Shown here: positions 20,746 through 32,903 of the stretch, piece by piece | Position numbering within the stretch: the first letter of the stretch is position 1 | Layout of the letters: the number at the start of each line of letters is the position of its first letter | Source: Deltaproteobacteria bacterium | Lineage (GTDB): Bacteria; Desulfobacterota; Binatia; UBA12015 | Assembly: GCA_046583355.1 (NCBI GenBank) | Contig: JAYGCM010000073.1 | Coordinates: 1 to 64,000, forward strand | Length of the DNA stretch: 64,000 nucleotides | Direction of reading: 5' to 3' | Program-made: the position numbers and the translations under genes | The notes under the pieces: model-generated | The model's database searches: none | Seen by the model: the letters and a program-made list of their open reading frames with translations, nothing else | Told to the model about the DNA's origin: nothing

Positions 20746-21383
20746 AGGGCGCCTTTGGTGGACGGGACCCCCTCGACGCGCGGGTCGATCTGAATCGCGG
20801 CGTCCAAAGCGCGTGCCAGCGCCTTGAACATCGCCTCGATCATATGATGCGGGTTGCGGCCGCGCAGACAGTCAACGTGCAGATTCATCTTCGTCTCGTT
20901 GACGAAAGAGAGCAGGAAATCGTGCACCAATCCGGTATCGAAATCACCGACCCTTTCCTGGCCCGGCTCGAGCTCGTAGACCAGATAGGGCCGGCCACTG
21001 AGGTCGACGACGATGCGCACCAATGCCTCATCGAGCGGACAGGAGTACTCGCCGTAGCGGCGGATACCATGCTTGTCTCCGAGCGCCTCGGCAAAGGCCT
21101 GCCCAAGCGTCAGGCCGATATCCTCTACCGTATGGTGCTGGTCGACGGCGAGGTCGCCTTGGGCGGCGACTTCGAGGTCGAAGAGGCCATGTTTGGTGAA
21201 GAGCTCCAGCATATGGTCGAGGAAGGGGACCCCCGTGTCGATCTTCGATTTGCCGCGGCCATCGAGCTTGATCGAGAGCGAGATGCTGGTTTCACGCGTC
21301 GTCCGCACTACGCGCGCCGAACGACTGGATTTCCCTTTGCTCTTCGGGCGGGTCGAAACTGCCTTTTTGATCGCACGTGCCAT
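20742..21383 (-). CDS. hisB: Imidazoleglycerol-phosphate dehydratase
   Basis: Motifs RTTRETSI, TGVPFLDHML, HHTVED, NPHHMIEA and PSTKGAL. It has a short basic N-terminal extension and the start is uncertain. Confidence 0.95.
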   Translation of the reverse strand: MARAIKKAVSTRPKSKGKSSRSARVVRTTRETSISLSIKLDGRGKSKIDTGVPFLDHMLELFTKHGLFDLEVAAQGDLAVDQHHTVEDIGLTLGQAFAEALGDKHGIRRYGEYSCPLDEALVRIVVDLSGRPYLVYELEPGQERVGDFDTGLVHDFLLSFVNETKMNLHVDCLRGRNPHHMIEAMFKALARALDAAIQIDPRVEGVPSTKGAL

Positions 21384-21543
21384 GCTGCGCAGTGTCGCAT
21401 ACACCCCCGCCGACTTCGACCTGCCCGCAGCCGCGCCGTCTCCGCCAGCCTGCGCCCCGACCAAGACGGTGTGCACTTTGCCAGTGAACCTCTAGACTGC
21501 GCTCAGGCAGGAGCCCTGCCGCACCTGCCCGATACTACTTCTT

Positions 21544-23334
21544 ATGAACGCGCTTCCCCTCGACACGACGACGCCCGCGGCTGCCGAGGCCGATGAGAGC
21601 CTGACTCTGGGGCGGATGCTCGCCTACGGTGCGCCGGGTTTTGCGGGCGCGGCGATGGCCATCCCCATCGGCATTCTCATGCCGCGTTTCTACAGCGATG
21701 TGGTGATGGCCCCGCTGGGCACAATCGCGCTGGCGATGGCCATCGCGCGCAGCCTGGACGCGCTCACCGACCCTGTGATGGGCTGGATCAGCGACCGCAC
21801 GCGCTCGCGCTGGGGGCGCCGCAAGCCCTGGATCGCCCTGGGCGTGCCGCCGTGTGCGATCGTCTTCTACCTGCTCTTCGCCCCACCCGAATCCCTCTCG
21901 GGCCCGCCGGCCGGCATCTGGTTCGGCGTGACCTTCGCGCTCTATTATATCTTCCATACGATCTACCAGATCCCGCATGGTGCCCTCGGCGCAGAATTAG
22001 CGCTTGACTACAACGAGCGCTCGCGCCTCTTCGGCGTACAATCTCTTTTCATCCTGACCGGCATCATGGTCGCGGCGGTTGCCCCCGCCGTCCTGCAAGA
22101 CGGCTTCGGCATGGAGAACGAGCGCCAGGTCTATGCGCTGATCGCGGCCTCCTTCGCGGCGGCGCTCGTCATCCTCTACAGCGTGCTGCTGCGCTACGTG
22201 CCGGAGCGCGCCGACTTCAAGCAGCGCGAGAGCAACCCACTGGTGCCAGGCGTGCGCCGCGCCCTGCGCAACCGCCCCTTCCGCGTCCTCTTCATCGCCG
22301 GAATGATCGCCTCGGTCCCGGCGGCTATCCCCGGCATTCTCGCGCCCTATTATACGACCTACGTGCTCGGCGTAGAGAACCCCGACAGCTGGCTCGGCCT
22401 GCTGCTCATCGTCTATTTCGGCACCGGCCTGCTGGCGGTGCCCATGTGGATGTGGCTGGCACGGCGCTACGGCAAGCTCTGGACCATCATCCTCAGCTCC
22501 AGCATCGGCATCGTCGGCGGCAGTACGCTCTTCTTCATCCCACCCGAGGCCGCCGAATTGGTGGTCGTGATCTTCTTTCTGATGGGCATCTCCTCGTCGA
22601 CCGGCATGGTCATCCTCCCCTCGATGGGGGCTGATGTAATCGACTACGACGAGTTCCTCACCGGCAAGCGGCGCGAAGCGCAATTCGGCAGCTTCTGGGC
22701 CATCATGCCAAAATTCGTCGCCATCCCCGGCGCCGCCGTCCCCCTCGCGATTCTCGCCTGGGTCGGATACGTGCCCAACCAGGTGCAAAGCCCCGAGGTC
22801 GTTCTCTCGATCCGGCTGATGCTCGGCGTGTTCCCGGCCGCATTCAATATCGCCGCCATCTTCGTGCTCCTGCGCTACCCGATCTCACAAACCGTGCACG
22901 AGAAAATCCGCGCCGGCATCCGCGCCCATACCGCGGGCGAGGAGTTCCCCGACCCGATCACCGGCTCGCTTGTCGCCGCCCCGCAGCACCGCGCCGTCGA
23001 TGATAAAATTGGTTGGTTCCTCGACTCCTTCTCCCCCCGCGAGCTCAGACGAGTCGTCGGCAAAGGCCTCGCCAACGCCCAATTCGATGTGCTTCTCGCC
23101 GCGGCCGTCTCCTTGGCCTTCACTGCCGGCGCCATCGCCACGGCCTTCGCCGCCGTTCCCGACCTCAGTCACGAACCCGGCCCCGCTGCGGTCTTTGCGG
23201 TGGTGGCCGCCGGCCTCGGCATCACCGCCACCGTCTTCCACCTGCTGCGCCTCGCCCCGGCGCGAAAACTCGCCGCCAGCGATATTCCGAACGAGAGAAT
23301 CCGCGCCCACCTGGCCGATACAGCCGCCCACTGA
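21544..23334 (+). CDS. MFS transporter, glycoside-pentoside-hexuronide (MelB-like) family, with C-terminal extension
   Basis: DALTDPVMGWISDRTRSRWGRRKPW, ALGAELALDYNERSRL and ADVIDYDE..TGKRRE. Confidence 0.9.
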   Translation: MNALPLDTTTPAAAEADESLTLGRMLAYGAPGFAGAAMAIPIGILMPRFYSDVVMAPLGTIALAMAIARSLDALTDPVMGWISDRTRSRWGRRKPWIALGVPPCAIVFYLLFAPPESLSGPPAGIWFGVTFALYYIFHTIYQIPHGALGAELALDYNERSRLFGVQSLFILTGIMVAAVAPAVLQDGFGMENERQVYALIAASFAAALVILYSVLLRYVPERADFKQRESNPLVPGVRRALRNRPFRVLFIAGMIASVPAAIPGILAPYYTTYVLGVENPDSWLGLLLIVYFGTGLLAVPMWMWLARRYGKLWTIILSSSIGIVGGSTLFFIPPEAAELVVVIFFLMGISSSTGMVILPSMGADVIDYDEFLTGKRREAQFGSFWAIMPKFVAIPGAAVPLAILAWVGYVPNQVQSPEVVLSIRLMLGVFPAAFNIAAIFVLLRYPISQTVHEKIRAGIRAHTAGEEFPDPITGSLVAAPQHRAVDDKIGWFLDSFSPRELRRVVGKGLANAQFDVLLAAAVSLAFTAGAIATAFAAVPDLSHEPGPAAVFAVVAAGLGITATVFHLLRLAPARKLAASDIPNERIRAHLADTAAH

Positions 23335-23435
23335 CTCGACGCACCAAGCCGCTCTCGCCGCGTTTGCACCAGCCTTTCTGCGGTCGCGGATCTTCATTTT
23401 TCCTGAATGCGAAGGCATGATAGCCGAACAGAGCC

Positions 23436-23879
23436 ATGCCCGACCGCCGACCAACTCCCGGCGCTCCGAACCTCCCCTTCGAATCGCCCGCTGCACTCTG
23501 GGCCGAGCTGCGCGACAAACAGCCCGACACCCTGCGGCTGGCCTTCGAGCGCGCACATTCGCTGGGTCGGCGCGGTGGTGTGGCAATGGCGATCTGTGTC
23601 GGGCTCGTGCGCGATTATGATCCAAACGGCCCCAGAGCCCTCGCCGAGCTGGCCGCGACTTTCGGAATCCACCGCTCACGGATCGCACGCCTCACCCGGT
23701 CCTGGCTCGAGATCATCCGCCCGCGACTTGAGGTCGACAAGGAAGCCGCAGACTTCCCCCTGCTCGAGCAGATCTGGTACTCCACCGCCTGCGAAGCCGC
23801 GCCAATGGTTTCACGAGGCAACATAGGAAGAATTCCTTGGTATCATTATATCCGATACTACGTCTTCCCAAAATCTTGA
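23436..23879 (+). CDS. Hypothetical protein with sigma70 region 4-like helix-turn-helix
   Basis: ATG-started 147-aa ORF filling the gap before the convergent hisD. The segment ALAELAATFGIHRSRIARL is HTH-like. Confidence 0.5.
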   Translation: MPDRRPTPGAPNLPFESPAALWAELRDKQPDTLRLAFERAHSLGRRGGVAMAICVGLVRDYDPNGPRALAELAATFGIHRSRIARLTRSWLEIIRPRLEVDKEAADFPLLEQIWYSTACEAAPMVSRGNIGRIPWYHYIRYYVFPKS

Positions 23880-23948
23880 AAAACAACCTTCCCCCGGGCC
23901 CACCACAGGGCGGCTGCGAACCTCTGGCCGTCCGCTGGGGTGTTTGCG

Positions 23949-25240
23949 TCAGCGCCCGCGCAGGCGGCGCGAAACCGCGGCGCCGTGGCCGCTCAGGCCT
24001 TCCATCTCGGCCAGCGTGACGACGGCGGCGCCGAGCTGGGCGAGTGCCTTCTTCGGGGCGTGGATGACGCTCGTGCGTTTGATGAAATCCTGCACGCCCA
24101 GCGGTGAGGAGAAGCGCGCCGTGCCGCCGGTCGGCAAGACATGGTTCGGGCCGGCCAGGTAGTCGCCCAGGGCCTCGGGGGAATAGTGGCCCACGAAGAT
24201 TGCGCCAGCATGGCGGATCTCTTTGACGAAGCGCTCGGCGTGGCGGATGGCCAGCTCCAAGTGTTCGGGCGCGACCTCGTTGGCCAGCGCGATTGCCTCG
24301 CGGATATTTTTTGTCACGACGATGGCGCCGCCGGTGCGCATGGATTGGCGGGCCAGCTTCGCGCGCGGCAGCACGGCCAATTGCGCGACCACTTCCTGCT
24401 CGATGGCTTTCGCGAGACGCACGCTCGGCGTGAGGCAAATGGCCGTCGAGTCGGGCCCGTGTTCGGCCTGCGCAAGCAGATCGGCGGCGATATGCTCGGC
24501 GTCGGCCGAGGTATCGGCGATCACCAGAACCTCGCTGGGGCCCGCGACCATATCGATCGAGACGCGGCCCGAGACCAGGCGCTTGGCCGTCGCCACCCAA
24601 CGGTTACCCGGGCCGACGATCTTGTCGACCTTGGCCACGCTGCGCGTGCCGAAGGCGAGCGCGGCGATGGCTTGTGCCCCACCGACGCGAACGATCCGGT
24701 CGACGCCGGCAATATGGGCTGCGGCCAATACGAAGTCCGGCTCGCCGCCGGCATGCGGCGGCGTCACGGCGATGATCTCGTCTACCCCGGCCACGCGCGC
24801 CGGGATTGCATTCATCAGAACCGAGGACGGATAGAAGGCTTCGCCGCCGGGGACATAGAGTCCGGCGCGCTCGACCGGGCGGATCTCCTGGCCCAGGGTG
24901 ATGCCGAGTTCGTCTTTATAGCGAAATGATTTCTCTACCTGATGGCGGTGGAAGGAGCGGATCCGCCGGGCGGCGAGCTTCAACGCGCTATGCTCCCGGC
25001 GCGGAATCCGCTTGGCCGCCGCGGCCATCTCGTCCGGGTCGATCACGAGGTCTTGCGCGCGCAGCTTCACGCCGTCGAAGCGTTCGCTGAATTCGAGCAA
25101 GGCAGCGTCGCCGCGGCGCTCTACCTGTTCGAGAATCTCGCGCACCGCCGACTCGACCGAGGCGTCCTGGGTCTGGCCGCGGCTCAGCCATTTCTTCTTG
25201 ATGCGTGCGAAACGGGGCTCGGTCGTACGGACGACGAGCT

Positions 25241-25244
<4 letters not shown>
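23949..25244 (-). CDS. hisD: Histidinol dehydrogenase
   Basis: Motifs GLYVPGG, KIVGPGN, IDMVAGPSE, AQAEH, APEHLE and GPNHVLPT. Confidence 0.97.
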
Positions 25245-26620
<1,376 letters not shown>

Positions 26621-26678
26621 GCCGCTGCCCCGTTCCTCTCAACCTTGCCGCGAGATTCCTCGCGGACCGCAACCGGCG

Positions 26679-27548
26679 CTACGACCGCTCCGCCTTGGGC
26701 GCCCTCGCCTGCAGCACACGATCGCGCCCGGCAAGATCCGGCAGCACCTCGACCGCGCCGAAGCCTTCCTCTTGAGCCACCCTTGCCGCCGCCTCACCCT
26801 GGGTTGCGCCGATCTCCACCAGCAGCCCCCCCTCCGGACAAAGCACCCGCCGCGCCGCGACTACCAAGTCCCGAAATACACCGAGACCGTCCAAATCGCC
26901 ACCGAGCAGCGCCAGTTCCGGCTCGAAGGCCAGCTCTGGCGGTGCCGCGGCGAGTTCCGCGGCGGATAAATAGGGCGGATTCGAAACTACCAGGTCCAGC
27001 GAGGCGTGCCGCACGGCCTCGAGCAGGCTGCCGCGGAAAAACCCGACCGCCGCGCCAGCCGGCAGCAAACGCGCCGCATTGCGGCGCGCCACGCCGAGCG
27101 CTGCGGCTGAAAGGTCCACCGCCAGCAGACGCAATCCCGTGACTTCCGCGCACTCCGTCGCCAGCGAGATCGCGATCGCGCCGCTGCCGGTGCCGACATC
27201 GGCCACACGCCGCGCACCGGCGTCGATCTGTACAAGCGCGGCCTCGACCAGCAATTCCGTCTCCGGGCGCGGCGCCAGTACATCGGCATCAACCACGAAG
27301 CTCAGCGAGCGGAACTCGCGGCATCCGAGCAGCAGCGAGACCGGCTCGCGGCGCAGGCGCCGGGCTACCAATTCCGCGAAGGCGGCGGCGTGTTGCGGCC
27401 CGAGCGCATCGGGCCGCCGGGCGATCACGCCGGCGCGGCCGCGGCCCATCACATGACCGAGCAGGACCTCGGCATCGAGCTCAGGCGAGTCACTACCGGC
27501 CTCGCGCAAGCGTGCCGCCGCCACCGCGAGTGTCTCGCGGACGGTCAA
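26679..27548 (-). CDS. prmC: Release factor glutamine methyltransferase
   Basis: Motifs [16 protein letters not shown] and SNPPY; follows prfA. Confidence 0.94.
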   Translation of the reverse strand: MTVRETLAVAAARLREAGSDSPELDAEVLLGHVMGRGRAGVIARRPDALGPQHAAAFAELVARRLRREPVSLLLGCREFRSLSFVVDADVLAPRPETELLVEAALVQIDAGARRVADVGTGSGAIAISLATECAEVTGLRLLAVDLSAAALGVARRNAARLLPAGAAVGFFRGSLLEAVRHASLDLVVSNPPYLSAAELAAAPPELAFEPELALLGGDLDGLGVFRDLVVAARRVLCPEGGLLVEIGATQGEAAARVAQEEGFGAVEVLPDLAGRDRVLQARAPKAERS

Positions 27549-28609
27549 TCGATCGACCTCAGAGCCTCCGCCTGAGCATGCGTGATCAGCGGCTCGATCA
27601 CCAGATCGGCCTCGCCCGCCATCACCCGATCCAGCGCATGCGTGGTCAGGCCGATGCGATGGTCGGTGACACGATTCTGCGGAAAATTATAGGTGCGGAT
27701 GCGCTCGGAGCGGTCACCGCTGCCCACCATGGCCTTGCGGTCGGCCGCAACGAGGGCGTCTTGTTCGGCCTGAGCCTGCTCGAAGAGGCGAGCGCGCAGC
27801 ACCTTCATCGCCTTGGCCTTGTTCTTGTGTTGCGATTTTTCGTCCTGACAGATCACGATCAGGCCGGTGGGCAGATGGGTGATGCGAATCGCCGAATCCG
27901 TGGTGTTGACGCTCTGCCCGCCCGGGCCCGAGGCGCGAAAGACATCGATGCGCAGATCGATATCGGCAATATTGAGTTCGACCTCGTCGGCCTCAGGCAG
28001 CACGGCCACGGTAACGGCGGAGGTATGAATCCGCCCCTGTGTCTCGGTCTGCGGTACGCGCTGGACGCGGTGGACGCCGCCCTCGAATTTCAGCCGACTA
28101 AAGGCGCCTGCGCCGTCAATCGAGGCGATGACTTCCTTGAAGCCGCCGATCCCCGTCGGGCTGGAGGCGAGGATATCGACCTTCCAGCCGCGCTCCTCGG
28201 CGTAGCGCGTGTACATGCGAAAGAGGTCGGAGGCGAAAAGCCCCGCCTCGTCGCCGCCCGTGCCAGCGCGGATCTCCAAGATGACGTTCTTTTCGTCGTT
28301 GGGGTCCTTGGGCAGCAAGAGGACCTTGAGACGCTGCTCGAGGTCTTCTTTTTTCGCGCGCAGAGCGGGAAGCTCCTCGCGCGCCATTTCCCGGACCTCG
28401 GCGTCGTCCTCGCCCATGAGCTTGAGGAGGTCGTTCTCTTCGGCCACAAGTGCCGTCCACTCGCGGTAGACGGCTACGACATCTATGAGGTTCGCGTGCT
28501 CACGCGAGACGGCAACAAAGCGCGTGCGGTTGCCGATGACACCGGGATCCCCCAGCATTTCCTCGAGTTCGCCAAAGCGCCTCTCGACCTCCGCGAGTTT
28601 GTCGAGCAT
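27545..28609 (-). CDS. prfA: Peptide chain release factor 1
   Basis: Motifs [21 protein letters not shown] (PxT), GPGGQSVN and [10 protein letters not shown]. Confidence 0.97.
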   Translation of the reverse strand: MLDKLAEVERRFGELEEMLGDPGVIGNRTRFVAVSREHANLIDVVAVYREWTALVAEENDLLKLMGEDDAEVREMAREELPALRAKKEDLEQRLKVLLLPKDPNDEKNVILEIRAGTGGDEAGLFASDLFRMYTRYAEERGWKVDILASSPTGIGGFKEVIASIDGAGAFSRLKFEGGVHRVQRVPQTETQGRIHTSAVTVAVLPEADEVELNIADIDLRIDVFRASGPGGQSVNTTDSAIRITHLPTGLIVICQDEKSQHKNKAKAMKVLRARLFEQAQAEQDALVAADRKAMVGSGDRSERIRTYNFPQNRVTDHRIGLTTHALDRVMAGEADLVIEPLITHAQAEALRSID

Positions 28610-28654
28610 CGTTCAGGCCAAGCAGTCGCGCGCACAAGCAGCTCGCGGAGCCGC

Positions 28655-28912
28655 TCAGGACTCCGCTTGCTCTTCTTGCTCTTCTTGCTCTTCGCCGACG
28701 AGCGCGATGCCCGGGCGCTTGCCGTAACGGCGCTGGAAGCGCTCTACGCGACCGGCGATGTCGATGATCTTCTGTTTGCCGGTGTAGAAGGGGTGGCACT
28801 CGGAGCAAAGCTCGACTTTAATTTCGGGTTCCGTAGAACGTGTCTCGAGCACGTGCCCGCAACTACAAACGATCTTGGACGCTCCGTACTTCGGATGAAT
28901 TTCCGCTTTCAT
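28655..28912 (-). CDS. rpmE: 50S ribosomal protein L31 (Zn-binding type)
   Basis: [13 protein letters not shown]...[13 protein letters not shown] and GRVERF. Confidence 0.96.
   Translation of the reverse strand: MKAEIHPKYGASKIVCSCGHVLETRSTEPEIKVELCSECHPFYTGKQKIIDIAGRVERFQRRYGKRPGIALVGEEQEEQEEQAES
28667..28693. repeat. Perfect 9-bp tandem repeat x3 (TTGCTCTTC) encoding EEQ x3 in the L31 tail
   Basis: Read directly from the sequence. Confidence 0.9.
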
Positions 28913-29083
28913 GACTCCCCATGCTTAGCAACCGACCCGGCCCGGCGAAAGGGCGTTCCTCCACCTTGTCGATGTCTTTCCGAGGAACCAGCCGCCGCAA
29001 GGGCAACCGTGCGAATTGGCTCCGGAAGGGCCGCAAAAAAGGGCGCCCCACCCTACCCGCAGCCGCGCGACCACAGGCCGGCT

Positions 29084-30289
29084 TCAGCGGAGGCGCGTGA
29101 GCAGGTGGCGTAGATTGCGGAAGAGCGGACTCGCCAGAGGGCCCAGCAGCCGCGCCACGAGGCGGCCGCCCGTCCCGAGCGGCTGCGTATTGCTCGCCGA
29201 GGCAAAGTCGTTGATGCCAAGCTCCTGCCGGATTCCTTCGGTCATCATCTGCATCGGCGGGTCAAGCGGGATGCCGGTGCCGTCGGCGATACGCACCATG
29301 CGCTGGAAATTGGCGATCACACCGGCGGCATCTACTGTGGCCGCATCACCCAACTCCGCGCGTACGCGGTCGCGGGCCACTGCAATGGCCCCGCTTTCGG
29401 CCGCAACCACGGCGTCAGCAAAGGCAATCAGGGCCTCCCCGCCAGGCAAACCAACACTCTCGACCTCGCCGGTCAGCGCTCCCAGATCCACCTTCTGCCC
29501 CTGATGATCGATGCTCGCACGGAGCATCATTGCGTGCGAAGACGTTCAATAGAAGCAGTCGTTCTTCGCCGACACCCTCCCCGCTACCAATTCGATCTGC
29601 GAGCGATCGATCGCTCGGCCGTGGTCAGCGGCGACATCAGGGACCATCAGCATCGGGACGTAATGCACGGCGCTCAGCGCCTTGAGGTCGCGCACGGCAT
29701 CGGGTGCCAGGCTCATCGCCGTGATCACATTCGGCACGAAACTACTCACGTAGAGATCGGCTTCGGCGCCCTTGGCCGCATCGCCCGGAATGCGCGGTAC
29801 GAAAGCCTCGCCCGGCCGCGCGCTCACAGGCCGGTAGCCACTCGGCTCGCCACCGGTGGGCACCGGCAGCGGCTCCAGCGCCAAGCCCATGGCGTAGTGA
29901 AAATTGTCGATACTGAAGGCCGCGACCACGACACCGAGAAGTTCCACATAGGCCAGGTCGGAGACGCCCTGCCCGGCCAGACTCTCAAGGTACTCGCGCG
30001 TGAGGCGCGCCGGGTCTGTAATGATCCGATGCACGGCGTCGACCGCCGGTGCCGGAAGCGTTCCATTGACCGCGTGCTCATCCGAGCCCGCATAGGGCGA
30101 AAGCGCGGCCTTGCGGCTGCGGCAGAGTTCGCAGCCGACCGCGCGGCGCGATTCCTCTACAATGGCGACACGCTGGGCGCCGCTCCAGGCAGCACCGGGC
30201 GCGGCGAGGCGCTGCCAGATACGCGCATGTTCCTGCGCGAGGTCGTCACGGACCCGGATCTCGGAGTCGCCATAATCGAAAGCAGCCAT
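29084..30289 (-). CDS. Alkylhydroperoxidase (AhpD)-related selenoprotein, 401 aa, Sec at residue 248 (UGA at 29546-29548)
   Basis: ORFs 29546..30289 and 29084..29530 are in frame: ...AAC GAC TGC TTC TAT TGA ACG TCT TCG CAC GCA ATG ATG CTC... = NDCFY-U-TSSHAMML. This gives an AhpD-like R.QIELVA.RVS..N.CxxU..H pattern, with a SECIS-like hairpin downstream. Confidence 0.85.
29510..29528 (-). promoter_or_regulatory. Candidate bacterial SECIS element
   Basis: The mRNA reads GAUGCUC-CGUGC-GAGCAUC at +18..+36 after the UGA: a perfect 7-bp stem with a 5-nt loop carrying GU at loop positions 2-3. Confidence 0.78.
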
Positions 30290-30352
30290 CGGACGACCTT
30301 TCCGGAGCCGGCAGACGGAGTCAAAACGAATGCCCGGCGGCGCCCCAGTCCC

Positions 30353-31828
<1,476 letters not shown>

Positions 31829-31890
31829 GGGACTCCTTCCCTGCTCCGGCCAGAATGCGCAAGCGTGGGCCGGACCTCATAGGATCGGGG

Positions 31891-32637
31891 TCAGCCGACG
31901 GCGAGCCGTGCAACCAGGCCCGCCGCGCCCAGCGTGATGGCGTCGGCGATCAACGCGCCCGCACCCAGCGAAACCGAACTCACGCCGCCACGGCGCGCAT
32001 GGATGAAGATCCGCAGGACGATCGTCAGGCTCGCGACTGCAAAGAGCATCAGCGTGCCGAGCGCATTGAGGAAGATCAGCCCGATCACCATGGCGCTCGT
32101 ACTCGCGGCCGCGAATTGCGTGAATTGCATCTCCTTGACGAAGACCGCGGCAAACCCGCCCGCGCGCGCCGGCAAGGAACCGTAGCCCTGCACCACATAG
32201 CCCCAGCGCCCCAGCATCGGCGTAAGCACCAGAGCAATCGCGCGAAAATTACCTTCCAGCCCGAGCAGCGCCCACCATTCGACGCCGAGAAGCGCCAGCA
32301 GAAGCAACCCGCCAACCAGCCCGCCGCCGCAGAACATGACGAAGTCGCGGACGAAGCGCCCGCCCGAAAGCAAGCAAAGAAGGAACACACCGAGAAAGGC
32401 CTGCAGAGCAGCGGGAGCGTCGGGAAAGAGTTCCAGCCCGGCCGAGACCAGCGACCCGAGGGCCGCTCCGAAGAGCGGGAAGAAGAGCGCGCCACGCGCC
32501 ACCGCGCCGCGCTCGGCCACCGCACGGCGGCCCAGCAGGAAAAGCAGAGCCGCAAACCCGTCGCGGCCGAGCCCCAGGCCCAGGCTCAGCGCGCGCGCGC
32601 GCAGGGAAACCCGCGCTTCTGCGTCGTTTTCTTCCAT
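31891..32637 (-). CDS. CobS (cobalamin synthase)-like membrane protein, degenerate motifs
   Basis: FFPLFGAALG, LGRW....GSLPARAGGFA..F and C-terminal GGVSSVSLGA resemble CobS segments. The HxDGxxDxxDG and GGxTGD acidic residues are absent. Confidence 0.6.
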   Translation of the reverse strand: MEENDAEARVSLRARALSLGLGLGRDGFAALLFLLGRRAVAERGAVARGALFFPLFGAALGSLVSAGLELFPDAPAALQAFLGVFLLCLLSGGRFVRDFVMFCGGGLVGGLLLLALLGVEWWALLGLEGNFRAIALVLTPMLGRWGYVVQGYGSLPARAGGFAAVFVKEMQFTQFAAASTSAMVIGLIFLNALGTLMLFAVASLTIVLRIFIHARRGGVSSVSLGAGALIADAITLGAAGLVARLAVG

Positions 32638-32903
32638 GATCGGATCTGCCACCGCAGGGAAGCTCTCGCGATTCGCAGCCCAGCCTGCAACCTCGGAGGC
32701 CAGAGCCCTGCAAACAGACCTCCTCCGGCCCGATATCAGGAAGGGGATATCTTCCGTGCTCCGCACAACACGGGAAATCCGGCGTGGCCTGAAGGTGCGG
32801 GCGAAAAGCAGGGCCTCTGGAATGCGCGGGAGGAGATATTATGGATATCCTGAGTTTCCACGGTCGTCTTCGCCGAGATCGCAAACCGGAAAAGGGACCT
32901 CGT

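Noticed and set aside
27512..29113. 533-aa plus-strand ORF
   Set aside because: Antisense shadow of prfA and rpmE.
32640..32800. Cobalamin-riboswitch-like fragments (GCCACCG..GGGAAG, GGGAAATCCGGCG) beside the cobS-like gene
   Set aside because: The fragments are in the wrong order and on the strand opposite the cobS-like gene, and the other conserved elements are missing. An Infernal search would be needed to revive it.
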